Below, in pieces: positions 16,582 through 24,923 of a stretch of DNA of 49,922 nucleotides (the first letter of the stretch is position 1; every line of letters begins with the position of its first letter). The notes beneath the pieces were generated by a model. It did no database searches, had not been told where the DNA came from, and saw only the letters and a program-made list of their open reading frames with translations. The translations under genes were made by a program, and so were the position numbers. This DNA comes from an uncultured Opitutales bacterium (GTDB lineage Bacteria > Verrucomicrobiota > Verrucomicrobiia > Opitutales > CAJWYM01), in assembly GCA_963924785.1 (NCBI GenBank), contig CAWUTK010000033.1:1-49922 (forward strand), in the 5' to 3' direction.

Positions 16582-16746
16582 ATGATAGACATAGACAAAG
16601 AGACGTATGATGAAATTGCAGAGATGATAAATTCTGACGATAGCCCAGTTGGGATAGATGCAAAGAAAACGCATATTTTGATATTGCATAAATTGATGCA
16701 GATCGAGAAGCGTTTAGGGCAGCTAGAAGCCAAGTCTGAATCGTAG
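16582..16746 (+). CDS. unannotated small ORF (54 aa), conserved hypothetical with a degenerate paralogue at 11322..11488
   Basis: MIDIDKETYDEIAEMINSDDSPVGIDAKKTHILILHKLMQIEKRLGQLEAKSES*. Below the track cut-off. Over 28 aligned codons versus the 11.3-kb copy, 9 codons differ: 7 by third-position synonymous changes and 2 non-synonymously. This supports + strand coding rather than the antisense track ORFs. Confidence 0.55.
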   Translation: MIDIDKETYDEIAEMINSDDSPVGIDAKKTHILILHKLMQIEKRLGQLEAKSES

Positions 16747-16846
16747 ATGAAGTGCTTTTTATCGCTTCTCATATTTCTGGCTTAAATTCATTGGTCATAC
16801 TTGGGTTGATCGGAATGTATTCAATTAAGTAAGTCTAAGGTTGACG

Positions 16847-16901
16847 TAATGTTCATTAACGCATACGTTAATTGGTTTATTGATTGTTATAATGAACATT
16901 A
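16847..16901 (+). promoter_or_regulatory. paired palindromic operators and -10 box upstream of hipB
   Basis: TAATGTTCATTA (16847-16858) and its exact reverse complement TAATGAACATTA (16890-16901). Each is itself TAATG-NN-CATTA. Centres are 43 bp apart. The second overlaps TATAAT (16888-16893) and ends 6 nt before the hipB ATG. Confidence 0.45.
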
Positions 16902-16907
16902 ATTAAA

Positions 16908-17240
16908 ATGAGACCCGTTTCACCATTGCCTATTCCTGTTAAAAAAGCTTTAAGGAAGCTTGGGAGTGATATTTACGATGCAAGACGTAGGAGACGTATA
17001 CCTATGGTGCTAATGTCAGAAAGAGCTATGATTAGTCGAACCACGCTTGGTAAGGTGGAAAAAGGAGATGCATCAGTCGCATTAGGAATCTATGCAAATG
17101 TTTTATATGTTTTAGGCCTATCACATCGATTATCAGATTTAGCTGACGTTAAGTTTGATGAAACAGGACTCGTTTTAGAAGAAGAGCACCTACCTAAACG
17201 TATACATTTACCCTCTACCAAATCCAACAAAGGGAAATGA
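16908..17240 (+). CDS. hipB: XRE-family HTH antitoxin (HipB-like)
   Basis: HTH segment MVLMSERAMISRTTLGKVEKGD. ATGA overlap with the downstream HipA-family gene (17237-17240). Confidence 0.8.
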   Translation: MRPVSPLPIPVKKALRKLGSDIYDARRRRRIPMVLMSERAMISRTTLGKVEKGDASVALGIYANVLYVLGLSHRLSDLADVKFDETGLVLEEEHLPKRIHLPSTKSNKGK

Positions 17241-18493
17241 ATAAGCGTCTAACTTATGTTTATTTAGATTATGAATGTGATGAGCCATGTTTAGTCGGAA
17301 GGCTATGGTCGCACTGGCGAAACCAAAAACAAAGCGCTTCTTTTGAATATGATAAGAGTTGGTTGAATTTTCCTAATAAATTTTCATTAGAGCCTTTATT
17401 GCAGTTAACTGAAGGTGTTTTTCATACAGGAGCAGGGAAAGAATTATTTGGTGCAATTGGTGATTCTGCTCCTGACAGATGGGGTCGAATATTAATGCGA
17501 CGTGCGGTAAGCAATGAGGCTAAAGCAGAGGGTAAAATATCTCATGCGTTATCGGAAGTTGATTATCTATTAATGGTCAACGATGAATCGAGACAAGGTG
17601 CGCTAAGGTTTAAGGGTGCAGAAGGGGGAGTTTTTCTTTCGGGAAAAAACAGTGTCCCGATTCCTCCGTTAGTTGAGTTGCCGAGACTCTTAGACGTGAC
17701 AGAAAAGCTATTAAACGATGAAGAAAGCAGTAATGATTTAAAATATCTATTGGCACCGGGATCATCTTTAGGAGGAGCACGCCCCAAAGCTTCAGTTAAA
17801 GACAATCGGGGCAATTTGCTGATTGCGAAATTTCCACACAAAAATGATGAGTTTAAAACCGTTTTATGGGAGGCTGTAGCGCTTACTTTAGCGAAGAAAG
17901 CTGGAATTAACACGACTGAATGGAGAATATGTACCATCGCCGGTAAAAAGGTAATACTGTTGAAACGCTTTGATCGTATAGGTGAAAAAAGAATCCCGTT
18001 TTTATCAGCAATGAGTATGCTTAACACCGTGGATAATGAAGACCATAGTTACCTTGAAATAGTAGATGCTATTCGACAATATGGCGCAAAACCGAAGGAA
18101 GACATTTCTCAGTTGTGGCGAAGGATTGTGTTTAGCATTCTTATTTCTAATACAGATGATCATTTGCGAAATCATGCTTTTCTATATGAAAATCAACATG
18201 GTTGGCGACTCTCCCCTGCTTATGATATTAATCCTGTTCCAGTTGAAATTTCACCTCGGATTCTTTCTACGGCGATTGACCTAGACGACAGAACGGCTTC
18301 GTTAGCACTTGTATTATCTGTCGCAAAAGAATTTGGTTTAACAAATAGTGAGGCCGTTAAGATTGCAACAGAAGTTGGAAAAGCCGTTTCCACATGGCGT
18401 AAAGTTGCTGTTAAAATAGGAATCCATAAGCAAGAGATTGATAGTATGGCATCAGCTTTTGAACACGAAGATCTACAATTGGCTATTGGGTAA
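17237..18493 (+). CDS. hipA: HipA-family serine/threonine kinase toxin (type II TA)
   Basis: 418 aa. HipA N-terminal coupling region, P-loop-like GSSLGGARPKASV, and catalytic segment ISNTDDHLRNHAFL typical of HipA_C. Confidence 0.9.
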   Translation: MNKRLTYVYLDYECDEPCLVGRLWSHWRNQKQSASFEYDKSWLNFPNKFSLEPLLQLTEGVFHTGAGKELFGAIGDSAPDRWGRILMRRAVSNEAKAEGKISHALSEVDYLLMVNDESRQGALRFKGAEGGVFLSGKNSVPIPPLVELPRLLDVTEKLLNDEESSNDLKYLLAPGSSLGGARPKASVKDNRGNLLIAKFPHKNDEFKTVLWEAVALTLAKKAGINTTEWRICTIAGKKVILLKRFDRIGEKRIPFLSAMSMLNTVDNEDHSYLEIVDAIRQYGAKPKEDISQLWRRIVFSILISNTDDHLRNHAFLYENQHGWRLSPAYDINPVPVEISPRILSTAIDLDDRTASLALVLSVAKEFGLTNSEAVKIATEVGKAVSTWRKVAVKIGIHKQEIDSMASAFEHEDLQLAIG

Positions 18494-18501
18494 AGACGGT
18501 T

Positions 18502-19899
18502 ATGAAAACGAATTTTAGTAAAAATATATTTTTGATAGGAGCCCCGGTGATAGCAATTATTGTTGGCTATTTCATGTTGTCAAATGGGTGGGATATAAAG
18601 GCTTGTTGTGCGGTTGGAGTGACAATTGTGTGCGCTATTTGGTGGACGACAGAGCCTATTCCAATTCCTGCTACGTCTTTGTTGCCCTTATCGCTATTTC
18701 CACTTTTTGGGGTATTAGACAAGGATCAGGTGGCTTTGTCCTATGGGAGTCCTTTAGTTTTATTGTTACTCGGTGGCTTTATTTTGTCGACGTCGATGGA
18801 ACGAAGTGGGGCACATCGGAGAGTTGCGCTAATTATGATAAATTTGTTTGGAGCTAAAAGTGACCGGCGTTTGGTTTTTGGTTTTATGGTAGCTTCTGCG
18901 TTGTTAAGTATGTGGATTTCAAATACAGCGACGACTTTAATGTTGCTGCCGATAGCTTTAGCTATTTTGGAAAAAGCAAAAGATAACCGGATGGTATTGC
19001 CGCTATTGCTTGGAATTGCCCATTCGGCAAGTGTTGGAGGTATTGGGACGCCGATTGGGACGCCTCCGAATATTGTGTTTATGAAATTTTATACTGAAGC
19101 GACGGGAGTGGAATTGAGCTTTATGGAGTGGATGTGTATAGGTGTCCCTGTGGTAGTTGTTTTTCTTCCTCTGGTTGCGTGGTGGTTAACGCGTAAATTA
19201 AAAGGGAGCAGCAATGTTTCATTGCCCGATATGGGCGTTTGGCGAGCAGAGGAAAAACGTGTTTTGATTGTTTTTGGAATGACTGCGTTGGCGTGGATCA
19301 CGCGGAAATCTCCATTTGGAGGCTGGAGCGGATTCTTTGATTTGCCTTATGCTAATGATGCTTCCGTTGCCCTTCTCGCAGTGGTGTGTTTATTTATTAT
19401 ACCCAATGGAAAGGTGGATGAAAATGGTTATAGTGGTCGATTGCTGGATTGGAAAACGGCTGAAAGAATTCCATGGGGGTTACTTGTGTTGTTTGGAGGG
19501 GGTATTGCGATTGCGAAGGCTTTTGTTTCCACAGGAATCAGTCAATCACTGGGGGATGCCTTATCGTCAGTCACTGGATTGCCCATTATACTCTTGTTCC
19601 TTGTTATATGTTTAGCGGTTACTTTTTTAACAGAGATTACTTCAAACACCGCTTCTACCGTTTTGTTAATGCCAATACTTGCTGCTGCTGCGCTCGCGGT
19701 AAAAATGGACCCTGCTTTATTGATGGTGCCGGCTGCAATAAGTGCCAGCTGTGCTTTTATGTTACCAGTAGCAACAGCACCTAATGCAATTGTATTCGGG
19801 ACGCATAAGGTTTCTATTCAACAGATGATGAAAACTGGGATTGTCTTAAATTTAATTGGAGCTGTGGTGATTACATCGGTATGCTATTTAGTATTGTAG
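18502..19899 (+). CDS. SLC13/DASS-family anion (di/tricarboxylate or sulfate):Na+ symporter
   Basis: 465 aa polytopic protein. Duplicated SNTA(T/S) hairpin motifs (WISNTATTLMLLPIA and EITSNTASTVLLMPI). Confidence 0.85.
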   Translation: MKTNFSKNIFLIGAPVIAIIVGYFMLSNGWDIKACCAVGVTIVCAIWWTTEPIPIPATSLLPLSLFPLFGVLDKDQVALSYGSPLVLLLLGGFILSTSMERSGAHRRVALIMINLFGAKSDRRLVFGFMVASALLSMWISNTATTLMLLPIALAILEKAKDNRMVLPLLLGIAHSASVGGIGTPIGTPPNIVFMKFYTEATGVELSFMEWMCIGVPVVVVFLPLVAWWLTRKLKGSSNVSLPDMGVWRAEEKRVLIVFGMTALAWITRKSPFGGWSGFFDLPYANDASVALLAVVCLFIIPNGKVDENGYSGRLLDWKTAERIPWGLLVLFGGGIAIAKAFVSTGISQSLGDALSSVTGLPIILLFLVICLAVTFLTEITSNTASTVLLMPILAAAALAVKMDPALLMVPAAISASCAFMLPVATAPNAIVFGTHKVSIQQMMKTGIVLNLIGAVVITSVCYLVL

Positions 19900-19921
19900 T
19901 CGGAACTTAATAACGGAAAGC

Positions 19922-20263
19922 ATGGAATATAAATTATATGGTATCGCGAATTGTGACACGGTTCGTAAAGCTAAGAATTTCTTAAAGAATATTGATGTGG
20001 CTTTTGAATTTGTGGATTTTAAGAAAATATCTCCACAAATAGAATGGCTTAAACGATGGGAGTTGTTTTTCGGAGAATTGCCTGCAAACAAAAAAGGACC
20101 CACGTTTCGAAAGATAAAAGAAGCCTATGATATTGGATCGAAATCCGAAAAAATGGCTTTATTGATTGCTAATAGTTCAGCTATTAAGCGTCCAATTTTG
20201 GAAAAGGAAGGAACTGTTTTGGCAATTGGGTTCGATGAAGAAATTTATCGAAAAATAAAATAA
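19922..20263 (+). CDS. ArsC/Spx-family protein (YffB-like)
   Basis: 113 aa. N-terminal YGIANCDTVRKAKNFL and C-terminal IKRPIL, characteristic of the ArsC/Spx/YffB fold. Confidence 0.8.
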   Translation: MEYKLYGIANCDTVRKAKNFLKNIDVAFEFVDFKKISPQIEWLKRWELFFGELPANKKGPTFRKIKEAYDIGSKSEKMALLIANSSAIKRPILEKEGTVLAIGFDEEIYRKIK

Positions 20264-20269
20264 GCGTTC

Positions 20270-20620
20270 TTACTTTATGCCGTATTTGTCTTTGAAGTAA
20301 TTGTAAGCTTCGCCGATTTCTCGGGATTTAATTTCGGCGAATGATTTAAAGTCGCCAGCCATGTGTTGAACTTTGTCAGGGTGATATTGGGCCATTTGTT
20401 GACGGTAGGCACTTTTAATGTCTTTTTTTGAAATTTTACCTTTTAAGCCTAAGATATCTCCAAATTTTCTTTCTAGTTCTTGTTGAGAAGCTGAAGGGTT
20501 TCCTCCAAATGTGTTTTGTTGAGTCCCACCTTTAGTAATTTTTAATAGCAAATTTCTTAATGACGATACGACGAAGTATAGGCAAACAAGAATGATGATT
20601 AAGCGAATGACGATACCCAT
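20270..20620 (-). CDS. membrane-anchored J-domain protein (DjlA-like)
   Basis: N-terminal TM helix. C-terminal J domain with AYRQQMAQYHPDK (HPD motif). Confidence 0.75.
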   Translation of the reverse strand: MGIVIRLIIILVCLYFVVSSLRNLLLKITKGGTQQNTFGGNPSASQQELERKFGDILGLKGKISKKDIKSAYRQQMAQYHPDKVQHMAGDFKSFAEIKSREIGEAYNYFKDKYGIK

Positions 20621-20624
20621 TATA

Positions 20625-20981
20625 TTAGAGGTCGGTGTATTTCTTTGAATTACCTTTTGAAGTTTCTACTGGATATTTATTGTTGTTTATACCCATCTTT
20701 CTAGTGATTGCTTCAGAAACGTCAATGTCACAAACATCTGCAAATCGTAAACAGTAGATCATGATGTCTGCCAGTTCATCCGATATGGCTGTTTTTTTGT
20801 CTGGATCATTTAATGTTTTCCATGACTCTGGGCTATCTTCCCAGAGGAAATGCTCTTGGAGTTCCGCGGTTTCAGTTGCGATTGCCATGGATAAGTTTTT
20901 GGGAGAATGGAACTGTTTCCAGTCTCGTTCTTCCGCAAATTGGCGAATGTTTTTTTGATGCTTTATTATAGAATCACTCAT
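20625..20981 (-). CDS. MazG-like nucleotide pyrophosphohydrolase
   Basis: 118 aa. FAEERDWKQFHSPKNLSMAIATETAELQEHFLW and ELADIMIY match the small MazG/dCTPase-like family. ATGA overlap with the upstream gene. Confidence 0.8.
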   Translation of the reverse strand: MSDSIIKHQKNIRQFAEERDWKQFHSPKNLSMAIATETAELQEHFLWEDSPESWKTLNDPDKKTAISDELADIMIYCLRFADVCDIDVSEAITRKMGINNNKYPVETSKGNSKKYTDL

Positions 20982-22243
20982 AGATTAAAAAGTTTTTTAG
21001 GTTCCAATAGGTTAAGTTTATTCTTAATTATTAATAAAATGATAAAAGGTGTCCATTCGAGCCATAGTCCCCATGCTGGAATGCTCCATATTCCTGTGTT
21101 GTCAAAGGTGATGCAGGCTAGAAAGTATAAACAGCTGCATAGGCTTAAGGTCGCCCAAGCTAAACTCCCGTAGATGGCGGCAAAGGGGATTGCCCAATAA
21201 ATATACCAATAATGAACGATAGGGGAAAATAATATCAGAGCCCCGAAGAGTAAATAGGCTCCCTTGAAAAGTGACTTTGACTTTAAATAGATAAATGCCC
21301 CGCTGATAGCTAATGCTCCAGTGCAAATGAGTGAAGTGAGAGCTTTGTCTTTGAGCAAAAATTCAATGAAAGTATAAATCGGGCCGTTGAACGAAGTTTT
21401 GCCGCCAAAATGTAATAGCCCGTCGAACATTCCCTCTATTGAACTCGCAAAAAATAGACTTGGAATGATGAGTGCGGGGAGTATCGCCCATGATTTTTTC
21501 CATTCGCCTTTAAGTAGAAATAAGGGAACGAGTAGTATGGATACTATTTTGACCTGTAGGCTTAATCCCAGGAAAAACCATGCCCATGCACTCTGTTTTT
21601 TGGTGTTCATGAGCAAGATGGATGCAAAAGTGAAACATAAAAATATTGAATCAAAATGGGCCTCTCCAGCTATGCCAAATAAAACGATAGGGTTTAGGGC
21701 AAATAGCACGGCATTTCCGATTGGGATATTTGGTTTTGTATAAGCATATTGAAGGATCATACCTAGTGTTAAGAGATCAAATAAGATGAATACTAGCTTA
21801 TACGCGATGGGGGTATATGAAACCGCAGCAATGGCTGCAAAGATTAATTCTGTCAACGGAGGGTAGGCTGTAAGCCAATCCTTGTGATTCATTTTCTTCC
21901 AATACTCATCATGGTAGGCCTTGTATCGTTCGTCTATAGCTGGAGCTTTGTAGGGGCTTTCGCCTGCAAGGACAATTTTACCCTCCCAGAGATATCGGTT
22001 GATGTCGTCGGAGGGTGGCATTCCTAACATTAGTCCGCGAGCAACGATAGCGAGAGTTAGGATGAGCATGACTTGCTTTTTTTTGGAAAGCTCCTTGGGG
22101 AAGTATTTCCATACTCCGATGAAGCTGGTTCCAATGATGGCAAAATTGATCAGTTTCCAGGTAGAAATAGAGTTAACGGGATTAATTAACCAAGAGCACA
22201 GGCATGAGCAAAGTAAGACTAATGTTGAAAGCGCAAAGAGCAT
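20978..22243 (-). CDS. GT-C fold polytopic membrane glycosyl/mannosyltransferase-like protein (DUF2029/GT87-like)
   Basis: 421 aa, more than 10 TM segments. The first periplasmic loop PPSDDINRYLWEGKIVLAGESPY resembles the catalytic loop of PimE/DUF2029-type transferases. Confidence 0.6.
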   Translation of the reverse strand: MLFALSTLVLLCSCLCSWLINPVNSISTWKLINFAIIGTSFIGVWKYFPKELSKKKQVMLILTLAIVARGLMLGMPPSDDINRYLWEGKIVLAGESPYKAPAIDERYKAYHDEYWKKMNHKDWLTAYPPLTELIFAAIAAVSYTPIAYKLVFILFDLLTLGMILQYAYTKPNIPIGNAVLFALNPIVLFGIAGEAHFDSIFLCFTFASILLMNTKKQSAWAWFFLGLSLQVKIVSILLVPLFLLKGEWKKSWAILPALIIPSLFFASSIEGMFDGLLHFGGKTSFNGPIYTFIEFLLKDKALTSLICTGALAISGAFIYLKSKSLFKGAYLLFGALILFSPIVHYWYIYWAIPFAAIYGSLAWATLSLCSCLYFLACITFDNTGIWSIPAWGLWLEWTPFIILLIIKNKLNLLEPKKLFNL

Positions 22244-22296
22244 ATTCGCTTATAGATTTGCGATTTCTTTTTAAATTCTAATTTGGAATATTGATT

Positions 22297-23124
22297 TTAG
22301 CTTAAATCCTTTTTTAAATGTATGTGTTGAATGGGGTAAGGGATTCTTATTTTATTGGCTTTAAATGCGTCAAATACGCTTTGGTTAACTTTAAATCTAA
22401 TTTTGTGGTATTCATTTGTGGGAACCCAATATCTATAGGCGATCTGTATAGAGAAATCGGCAAATTCTGAAATCCCGATTTGGGGGGTAGGCTGTTTACT
22501 GATGACGTCAAATTCCGAAAGCACTTGTTTTAATGATTCAACTGCAATTGCCGGATCACTTTCGTAGGCAATACCAATCATTCCTTCGACTACTTTATTT
22601 TCTTTCGAATTAACTAAAATTTCTCCAACAATGTGCTTGTTGGGGATCATGATATCTTCTTCGTCTTCATTGGCGAGAAGCGTGTAGGAAAGTTTGATTT
22701 CTTTAATTATACCATGCTGGGATCCAAAGGTAATAGTGTCGCCTATTTGAAAGGGTCTTGTGATGATGATGCAAAGTCCCGCCGCAAAGTTCGAAACAGG
22801 CCCTTGTAGGGCTAAGGTAAACCCAAATGCACTAGCGCCGATGGCTGCAATTAGAGGGTCAATGGTGACGCCGAATTTCCCAAGCGCTACAATGAAGCAG
22901 AACCCAATGATGAGAGATTTTACAATATTTGCTATAAAGGAACTTAGGGTATGGTTTAGGTTTTTTGCCGTCGCGAACTTAATCATAACCTTGTAGGCAT
23001 AACCGGCAATTATCCACCCGATACAAAGAGTGATAATGGCTCCGAAAATTTGGAAACCATAATTAATTAACACGCTAGAAAACGTAGTATAAAGTGATTC
23101 AAGTTTTTCGATATCTTCTGTCAT
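22297..23124 (-). CDS. small-conductance mechanosensitive channel (MscS family)
   Basis: 275 aa. Three TM helices followed by the MscS beta-domain pattern RPFQIGDTITFGSQHGIIKEIKLSYTLL. Confidence 0.85.
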   Translation of the reverse strand: MTEDIEKLESLYTTFSSVLINYGFQIFGAIITLCIGWIIAGYAYKVMIKFATAKNLNHTLSSFIANIVKSLIIGFCFIVALGKFGVTIDPLIAAIGASAFGFTLALQGPVSNFAAGLCIIITRPFQIGDTITFGSQHGIIKEIKLSYTLLANEDEEDIMIPNKHIVGEILVNSKENKVVEGMIGIAYESDPAIAVESLKQVLSEFDVISKQPTPQIGISEFADFSIQIAYRYWVPTNEYHKIRFKVNQSVFDAFKANKIRIPYPIQHIHLKKDLS

Positions 23125-23132
23125 GATGTTTT

Positions 23133-24254
23133 TTAGTTGGCTTCGTAATTCCCATCAATTTTTTTAACAATTAATTTTTTGAGTTCAAGCATCATTAAGA
23201 GGGTTGATACTTCATGGGAGGTTTTATTGCATTTAGATGAGATTTCATCAATTTGTAGCGATTCTCCACCATTGAAAAGGTTTATGATTTCTAGCTCATC
23301 TGCAGTTAAATCAGATTTTGTTTTTTCGAGATGTTGTTCGTTATTGGTGAATAGATCCATTTGAGGAGGATCGAAGTTCAGCTCATCGAGTATATCTTGG
23401 ACGTCGGTTACGAGTACGGCTCCATCTTTAATGAGTTTATGGCAACCAGCACTAGATGTTTGGTCGATTCGACCAGGGACAGCGAAAATCTGACGATTGC
23501 ATTCACCAGTGAATCTTGCTGTGATCATGCTTCCACCGTTGTTGTTGGATTCTATTACAATCGTGCCGACACATATTCCTGCCACTATTCTGTTTCGCAT
23601 TGGAAAAGTCTGCTTGGTCGCTTTATACCCAAATGGGAATTCAGATAGAATGGCTCCTTTTTCTGCCATTTCTTTATATAGATCAATATTCTCTGGGGGG
23701 TAAACAATATCGAGACCGTTGCCTAGAACACCTATTGTTTTCCCGCCGGCTTCTAAGGCGCCTTTGTGTGCGGCAGTATCAATTCCTCTCGCGAGACCGC
23801 TGACGACGCATATTCCTGCTTTAGCTAAACCTTGAGCCAGTTTTTTTGCGGTGTTGATACCGTAAATAGTGCAACGCCGACTGCCTACGATAGCGATGCA
23901 AACTTGTTGTGGATCAAAATTCCCTTTACAGTATAAGCCAACCGGGGCGTCGTAGATCTCTTTTAAAAGAGGTGGGTAGTTTTCATCTGATTTTGTTATG
24001 AATCTGGCTGAGTGTGCCTGGATTTTTTGTTCCTCTTCTTCAAAAGAGAAGTGCTCATCAGGTTTTAAAATAATATCAGCTGTATCAGGTCCGATACCCT
24101 GAACATTCATGAGTTCGGATCTCGAAGCCTTGAATATACGAAGGACATCGTTATCGAAATACTCAAGTAATCGCTGTAGAGTGACGGGTCCTATTCGAGG
24201 TAAGCCGTTGATGGCTAAGAAGGCCTGTTGTTCTGTGAGTTGATCATATGCCAT
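23133..24254 (-). CDS. dprA: DNA processing protein A
   Basis: 373 aa. GSRRCTIYG, SGLARGIDTAAHKGAL, and VIESNNNGGSMITA Rossmann-like core of DprA/Smf. Confidence 0.9.
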   Translation of the reverse strand: MAYDQLTEQQAFLAINGLPRIGPVTLQRLLEYFDNDVLRIFKASRSELMNVQGIGPDTADIILKPDEHFSFEEEEQKIQAHSARFITKSDENYPPLLKEIYDAPVGLYCKGNFDPQQVCIAIVGSRRCTIYGINTAKKLAQGLAKAGICVVSGLARGIDTAAHKGALEAGGKTIGVLGNGLDIVYPPENIDLYKEMAEKGAILSEFPFGYKATKQTFPMRNRIVAGICVGTIVIESNNNGGSMITARFTGECNRQIFAVPGRIDQTSSAGCHKLIKDGAVLVTDVQDILDELNFDPPQMDLFTNNEQHLEKTKSDLTADELEIINLFNGGESLQIDEISSKCNKTSHEVSTLLMMLELKKLIVKKIDGNYEAN

Positions 24255-24291
24255 TCAAAGGATTTATAATGTGAAGTATTAAGGGATCAAT

Positions 24292-24325
24292 CTAAAAAGC
24301 CGAGGTGTGATTAATCACACCTCGG
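24292..24325 (-). terminator. rho-independent terminator of the ECF sigma operon
   Basis: Perfect 11-bp stem ccgaggtgtga / tcacacctcgg (24300-24310 / 24315-24325) with loop ttaa, followed on the minus strand by cttttt (24294-24299). Confidence 0.75.
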
Positions 24326-24557
24326 CCCCTAATACTACTAATACCAAAAAAATCTATTGTTCGCTTCGCCGTTGCTCCATAAATGATTTAACTTTATCTT
24401 TCATCATGGCTCTTCGCTCTTCATCAGACTTATCCTTCATTTCTTCTTTGAATGATTTTTTTTCTTCCTCAGACATGTTTTGAAACATTCCATGCATTGC
24501 TTTCTTACGCTTCATCATCTTTTCTTTCTCTTCAGGGGACTGTTTTTCAAATTTTTT

Positions 24558-24923
24558 TTATTTTTCCTTCATTTCTGACTTTTCCTCTTCAGACATGTTT
24601 TTAACTTTGTTGATCATGTCTTGAAGTTTTTGCAGCTCATCAGGGGACATGTTGAGAAAGCGATGCATGGCATGTTCGCCATTTTTTTCGCCCCCTCGCT
24701 GTTGATCAGAACCCCCTCGTTGTTGACCTGGACCTCCTCGCTGTTGACCGGGACCGCCTTTATGTTTACCTGGACCGCCTTTATGTTGACCGCGTTTATG
24801 TCCATCGTGACTGTGTTCATCTTCTTCATCGGATGAATCCCAGTCTCCATCCTCGCAATATCCATTAGTGACACCAATCGATAGGGCGAGAAAGCCACTT
24901 AGTAAAATAGATTTAAATTTCAT
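24558..24923 (-). CDS. secreted CpxP/Spy- or DUF3106-like periplasmic protein with Gly/Pro/Gln heptad repeats (terminated by an in-frame TAA)
   Basis: Track ORF 24558..24986; the internal ATG at 24923 gives the signal peptide MKFKSILLSGFLALSIGVTNG. Contains His/acidic and GGPGQQR repeats, then LNMSPDELQKLQDMINKVKNMSEEEK. It is the last gene of the sigma/anti-sigma operon. Confidence 0.55.
   Translation of the reverse strand: MKFKSILLSGFLALSIGVTNGYCEDGDWDSSDEEDEHSHDGHKRGQHKGGPGKHKGGPGQQRGGPGQQRGGSDQQRGGEKNGEHAMHRFLNMSPDELQKLQDMINKVKNMSEEEKSEMKEK
24691..24795 (-). repeat. five in-frame 21-nt tandem repeats encoding (P/S)(G/D)(Q/K)(Q/H)(R/K)GG heptads
   Basis: Units at 24691, 24712, 24733, 24754 and 24775, for example ccccctcgttgttgacctgga and cctcctcgctgttgaccggga. 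They lie inside the CpxP-like CDS. Confidence 0.85.

Noticed and set aside
17563-18027. 154-aa minus-strand ORF inside hipA
   Set aside because: It is antisense to an intact HipA frame and is low-complexity and motif-free.
15216-24560. Two in-frame TAA codons followed by coding-like sequence, considered as evidence for stop-codon reassignment
   Set aside because: Many well-conserved genes in the window (for example fabF-neighbouring acpP, rplY, rplI and dnaB) terminate at TAA at the expected length, so TAA is a genuine stop here.
24691-24795. Regular 21-nt tandem repeats, considered as CRISPR-like or a satellite
   Set aside because: There are no spacers. The units are contiguous, in-frame and encode GGPGQQR-type heptads within a secreted protein, so this is a coding low-complexity repeat.
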